Positions 60,758-64,000 of a DNA stretch of 64,000 nucleotides are shown here, one piece after another; position 1 is the first letter of the stretch; every line of letters begins with the position of its first letter. The notes beneath the pieces are model-generated. The model had not been told where the DNA came from. It searched no databases and saw only the letters and a program-made list of their open reading frames with translations. The DNA is from an uncultured Bacilli bacterium (GTDB taxonomy: Bacteria; Bacillota_I; Bacilli_A; RF39; UBA660), in the NCBI GenBank assembly GCA_934148995.1, contig CAKPDM010000001.1:69073-133072 (forward strand). Reading direction: 5' to 3'. Both the position numbers and the translations under genes were made by a program.

Positions 60758-61048
60758 CTAATGGCTTTTTTGAAAGTTTGACATTATTTTCTGTATTTTC
60801 CTATAAGTAAGTAAATAGCCTAAAAAAATTAGTAAATAAAAAAGTGGATGAATCATTGCATTATTTATCTTTTTCATTGATATAAAATATAATAATGCCA
60901 TATCTAAGGAGAAAAGAATGTTACCGATTATTTTTATTATTTTTTTACTTTGAAATAAAAATTTATAGTTAAGAGTAATAAGAAACGATAATAGTACTCC
61001 ATATAGTCCTGAAAAAAAAATGGATATGATTTGTGCTTTTAAACTCAT
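60758..61048 (-). CDS. Small membrane protein, YabQ-like by position
   Basis: 96 aa, 3 TM; located between yabP and divIC as yabQ is in Bacillus. Confidence 0.35.
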   Translation of the reverse strand: MSLKAQIISIFFSGLYGVLLSFLITLNYKFLFQSKKIIKIIGNILFSLDMALLYFISMKKINNAMIHPLFYLLIFLGYLLTYRKIQKIMSNFQKSH

Positions 61049-61344
61049 TATTTAAACAATCTTTGAAAGATACTACTTCCATCTTTATCTTTCTTAGAAT
61101 TATCTTCTATATAGGTAAATCCATTAACATAACCTTTGATGGATACATTTCCTGATATAGTGTCTAATTTTATAAGTTCTAGGCCATCTCCTTTTACTAC
61201 TAAAAAGCCCATAGTGGTTTCTATTAAAAATTCTTCTTTATCAAAGTTTTCTATTTTTTTTACTCCCGTTATTAAAAGGTTTTTTCTTTCTGTTAAAGTT
61301 ATACTGTGGTTATAGTTACTTATTATTGTCTCTTTAGTTTCCAT
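61048..61344 (-). CDS. yabP: Sporulation protein YabP
   Basis: 98 aa; ...ITLTERKNLLITGVKKIENFDKEEFLIETTMGFLVVKGDGLELIKLD... YabP family pattern. Confidence 0.7.
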   Translation of the reverse strand: METKETIISNYNHSITLTERKNLLITGVKKIENFDKEEFLIETTMGFLVVKGDGLELIKLDTISGNVSIKGYVNGFTYIEDNSKKDKDGSSIFQRLFK

Positions 61345-61423
61345 CTATTCTCCTCCTATTATAGAGTATGAATTAAAAAATGGTAAAAGAACAAAAAAAG
61401 AAGAACTAGTCTTCTTATAATTA

Positions 61424-61693
61424 CTATTCTTCAGAATCCAAAGTATTTTGGTAAGCTTCTAGAATTTTATCTTGAAACATTGCTCTTACTTCAGGATTGA
61501 TTGGATGAGCTATATCACGATATCCTCCTGTAGGAGTTTTTCTACTTGGCATTGCAATAAACAAACCATTTTCTCCTTCAATGATTCTGATATCATGAAC
61601 TGCAAAACTATCATCCAATAAGACAGATGCAATTCCTCTCATACGAGAGCCTTCTTTGTCAACTTTTCGTACAGTGACTGATGTAATTTCCAT
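61424..61693 (-). CDS. spoVG: Septation protein SpoVG
   Basis: 89 aa; MEITSVTVRKVDKEGSRMRGIASVLLDDSFAVHDIRIIEGENGLFIAMPSRKTPTGGYRDIAHPIN near-canonical SpoVG. Confidence 0.88.
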   Translation of the reverse strand: MEITSVTVRKVDKEGSRMRGIASVLLDDSFAVHDIRIIEGENGLFIAMPSRKTPTGGYRDIAHPINPEVRAMFQDKILEAYQNTLDSEE

Positions 61694-61792
61694 ATATCTT
61701 CCTCCTTTTAAAGCACTGACACTTTATACTTTAATTCTATCTTATCTTTTTTGTAATTGCAAGAAGTTTATAGGTACTTGACAGCAAACACG

Positions 61793-62011
61793 TCAACTGA
61801 TTATTTCAACACTTTCTGTTATTAAGTCACTATAACTAAATGACTTGATTTTATTTTCTTCACCTTCCAATCTAACTAAAAATATTGAAGGATAAAGTTC
61901 AATTATTTCTCCATTGAATTCTTCTATTTGATTTCTACTTCCATTAACTTTAAAGTGTAAAATAGTACCTTCTTTTTCTTTTACTTTACTTCTCATACTA
62001 TCTAGGTTCAT
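61793..62011 (-). CDS. veg: Veg (biofilm formation stimulator) family protein
   Basis: 72 aa; ...GEIIELYPSIFLVRLEGEEN... Veg/DUF1021 pattern; between yabG and spoVG as in Bacillus. Confidence 0.75.
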   Translation of the reverse strand: MNLDSMRSKVKEKEGTILHFKVNGSRNQIEEFNGEIIELYPSIFLVRLEGEENKIKSFSYSDLITESVEIIS

Positions 62012-62787
62012 CTTGGATACCCCACATACATAGTACCGTTAGTAATAATTCCGCCCATACCAGCACTTCCATAATGAGTTTTATCTATAAGTGGTATCAA
62101 ATCAATTGCTTTATTTACAGGAGAAAGAGCTACACAAGAAGCCACTATTGCCGGATCTAAGGCATGAATATTTATTCTTTTAGGACTTGAGGCAAAGTTA
62201 CTTCCTGCCTTTATTAATTCCTCATAGTTTGATTGGCAAGCTCCTGCAATTATTATCAATTTATCTTGATTTTTTTCATACATTCTAGCTTTTTTTATAG
62301 CATTAACAAAGTTTTCTGAGTTTTGATAATTTTCTATTTTACTTTTATCTTTGGCATGTTTTTTTAAGAAATCATGTCCTGTTATTACTACTATATCTGG
62401 TTTATATTTTTCTAATGTGTCTGTTATCACATCTTCTATTTCACTTTCTTTAACCTTTATACCATAAGCTTCTAAATGCATATCTTTATAAAAGTTGATA
62501 CATCTATCTAAATAAAATTTATCAGAATCAAATTGAACTATTTTACCAGGTAAATAGAAATATTCGTTTCTATCTAGTGAGATTAAACTTTCTACCTTTT
62601 CAATATCTACTCTATCTGTTTCTTTTTTAACTGAAACTTTAGTTAAATCAGTTAACTCACTATCTGCATAAAGTCTAACATCTACCCCTCTTAGATAAGC
62701 TATATCATCTTCTATATCGATTATTTGAAAGACTAAGTCATTATTATAAGATTGCCTAGTTACATAGTCACCTAACTTAAAATTCAT
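62008..62787 (-). CDS. yabG: Sporulation-specific protease YabG
   Basis: 259 aa; MNFKLGDYVTRQSYNNDLVFQII N-terminus and C-terminal ..GACQSNYE.. / ..HYGSAGMGG.. typical of YabG. Confidence 0.7.
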   Translation of the reverse strand: MNFKLGDYVTRQSYNNDLVFQIIDIEDDIAYLRGVDVRLYADSELTDLTKVSVKKETDRVDIEKVESLISLDRNEYFYLPGKIVQFDSDKFYLDRCINFYKDMHLEAYGIKVKESEIEDVITDTLEKYKPDIVVITGHDFLKKHAKDKSKIENYQNSENFVNAIKKARMYEKNQDKLIIIAGACQSNYEELIKAGSNFASSPKRINIHALDPAIVASCVALSPVNKAIDLIPLIDKTHYGSAGMGGIITNGTMYVGYPR

Positions 62788-62825
62788 CTAATCACCCAGT
62801 AAAGTTTATGCAAGAATAGTTTAAA

Positions 62826-63620
62826 TTATTTATAAAGTTTATTTGCTATATCAACAAATATTTTATAATCTAACTGTTCTGCTCTTACACTTAAATCTAG
62901 ATTATACTTTTCTAAGACTTCACTAACTAATTTTAAATCATATTTTTTTAAGTTATTTCTTAGTGTTTTTCTTTTAAATTGAAAGCTATCATGAACTATT
63001 TGTTGAAAAAATTCTTCATTCATTAGTTTTTCTTTCGTTTCCTTTGGTTTAAATGATACTACTACGCTATCCACATTTGGTTTAGGAATAAATTCTTCTC
63101 TACTTACTAAAAATTCTTTTTTTGTATCAAAGTAATATCTTAATAAAACAGTTAATGCACCATATTCTTTCTTTCCTGGTGTAGAAGTAAATCTTTCTCC
63201 TACCTCTTTTTGTACCATCATCACAATTTTGCTAAAATAAAGACCAGAATTTATTAGTTTAAAAAGTATTGGTGTAGTTATATAATAAGGAACATTACTT
63301 ACAAAATATAAATTTTTATATTGATAATTGGCTAAGTCTTCTTTAATATCTTGTTGCAAAAAGTCTCCAAAATAGATAGAGATATTATCTGCTCCTCCTA
63401 AGTTCCTTATTAATATGTCTTCTAGAGTTTTATCTATTTCGTAACATAATACTTCGCCTTTATCTTTTAGATATTTAGTTAAGGCTCCTGCTCCTGGTCC
63501 TACTTCAATTATCAAAGATTCATCTTTAATATCTGCTGCCTCTACAATTTTTGCTAATACTTTTTCATTTTTTAAAAAGTTTTGACCAAATTTTTTCTTA
63601 AATTGAAATTTTTCATTCAT
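62826..63620 (-). CDS. rsmA: 16S rRNA (adenine1518/1519-N6)-dimethyltransferase RsmA/KsgA
   Basis: 264 aa; KKKFGQNFL, EVGPGAGALT SAM-binding motif. Confidence 0.85.
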   Translation of the reverse strand: MNEKFQFKKKFGQNFLKNEKVLAKIVEAADIKDESLIIEVGPGAGALTKYLKDKGEVLCYEIDKTLEDILIRNLGGADNISIYFGDFLQQDIKEDLANYQYKNLYFVSNVPYYITTPILFKLINSGLYFSKIVMMVQKEVGERFTSTPGKKEYGALTVLLRYYFDTKKEFLVSREEFIPKPNVDSVVVSFKPKETKEKLMNEEFFQQIVHDSFQFKRKTLRNNLKKYDLKLVSEVLEKYNLDLSVRAEQLDYKIFVDIANKLYK

Positions 63621-63704
63621 ATTAAAACCTCTTTCTCAATGTTGTTATTATATCATAGATATTTTGTTAAATTTTATAACTTTAACGCATAAAAAAAGAA
63701 AAGT

Positions 63705-64000
63705 TTATTTTTTCAACTCTTCCTTAGTTGGTTTAATCATAAATAATATATTAGAAACTGATAAACCATATAGCATTATTTTCATATAAGATATAAATGT
63801 ATTGAAATAGTTAAAATCAATTCCATAACCGTATTTTTCATTAAGTACCATATTTTTATCAGCGAATGCTCTATATCCTACTACTATTATTGTAGTAAAA
63901 ATTATACATGCTGTTAAGTTATAAAATATGTTATTATTAACCCCTTCTTGTTTAAATACAAGGTTAATTATGAATAATAAGAAGATAATTAAGAATGGAA
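63705..64000 (-). CDS. Hypothetical membrane protein, C-terminal part (continues beyond window end)
   Basis: open frame ending ...MIKPTKEELKK-stop at 63705; hydrophobic segments; start outside window. Confidence 0.3.
   Translation of the reverse strand, partial: PFLIIFLLFIINLVFKQEGVNNNIFYNLTACIIFTTIIVVGYRAFADKNMVLNEKYGYGIDFNYFNTFISYMKIMLYGLSVSNILFMIKPTKEELKK

Noticed and set aside
1-64000. CRISPR arrays, rRNA genes, intact IS or transposase genes, intact prophage
   Set aside because: No regularly spaced identical repeats, no rRNA-like segments and no transposase or integrase ORFs were seen. Mobility is inferred only from repeats, duplication and pseudogenes.

Overview
This window is a very AT-rich chromosomal segment from a low-GC, endospore-forming Firmicute. 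Roughly 70 genes were called, almost all on the minus strand. The tmRNA tag ends in ...LAFA, which resembles the tags of Erysipelotrichia and Mollicutes. Gene order matches the Bacillus ksgA-yabG-veg-spoVG and yabP-yabQ-divIC neighbourhoods. Recognisable core genes include asnS, cdaA-cdaR, smpB plus tmRNA, rnr, uvrB, the ftsE-ftsX-M23 peptidase operon, prfB (programmed +1 frameshift), secA, clpC-like, lysS, dusB, mscL, ftsH, tilS, spoVG, veg, yabG and rsmA. There is one tRNA (Thr-CGU) and one tmRNA. No CRISPR array was seen. The accessory or unusual regions are set out below.

- **GT2 cassette at uvrB.** Immediately upstream of uvrB, a GT2 glycosyltransferase gene is bracketed by short inverted repeats. 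Beyond it lies a pseudogenised ~173-bp duplicate of the uvrB start and RBS.
- **prfB-secA interval.** This gap holds an ABC exporter gene flanked by 24-bp direct repeats. It also holds a GC-rich patch encoding a SEC-C-type zinc-motif peptide remnant, and a decayed rhuM-family pseudogene.
- **tRNA-Thr to tmRNA stretch.** This island-like region carries a Tmk-like kinase next to an unknown 398-aa protein. It also carries a class B sortase overlapping a secreted protein that ends exactly at PPKTGV, CotF-like genes, and a MacB-type ABC transporter.
- **dusB-mscL paralogs.** Two tandem paralogs of unknown function sit between dusB and mscL.
- **Domain fusions.** These include LysRS with a C-terminal tRNA-binding domain, FtsH with a Rho_N-like tail, GT2 fused to a methyltransferase, and an HTH fused to a metallophosphoesterase.

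All calls rest on reading the supplied ORF translations and the DNA. No database searches were run.
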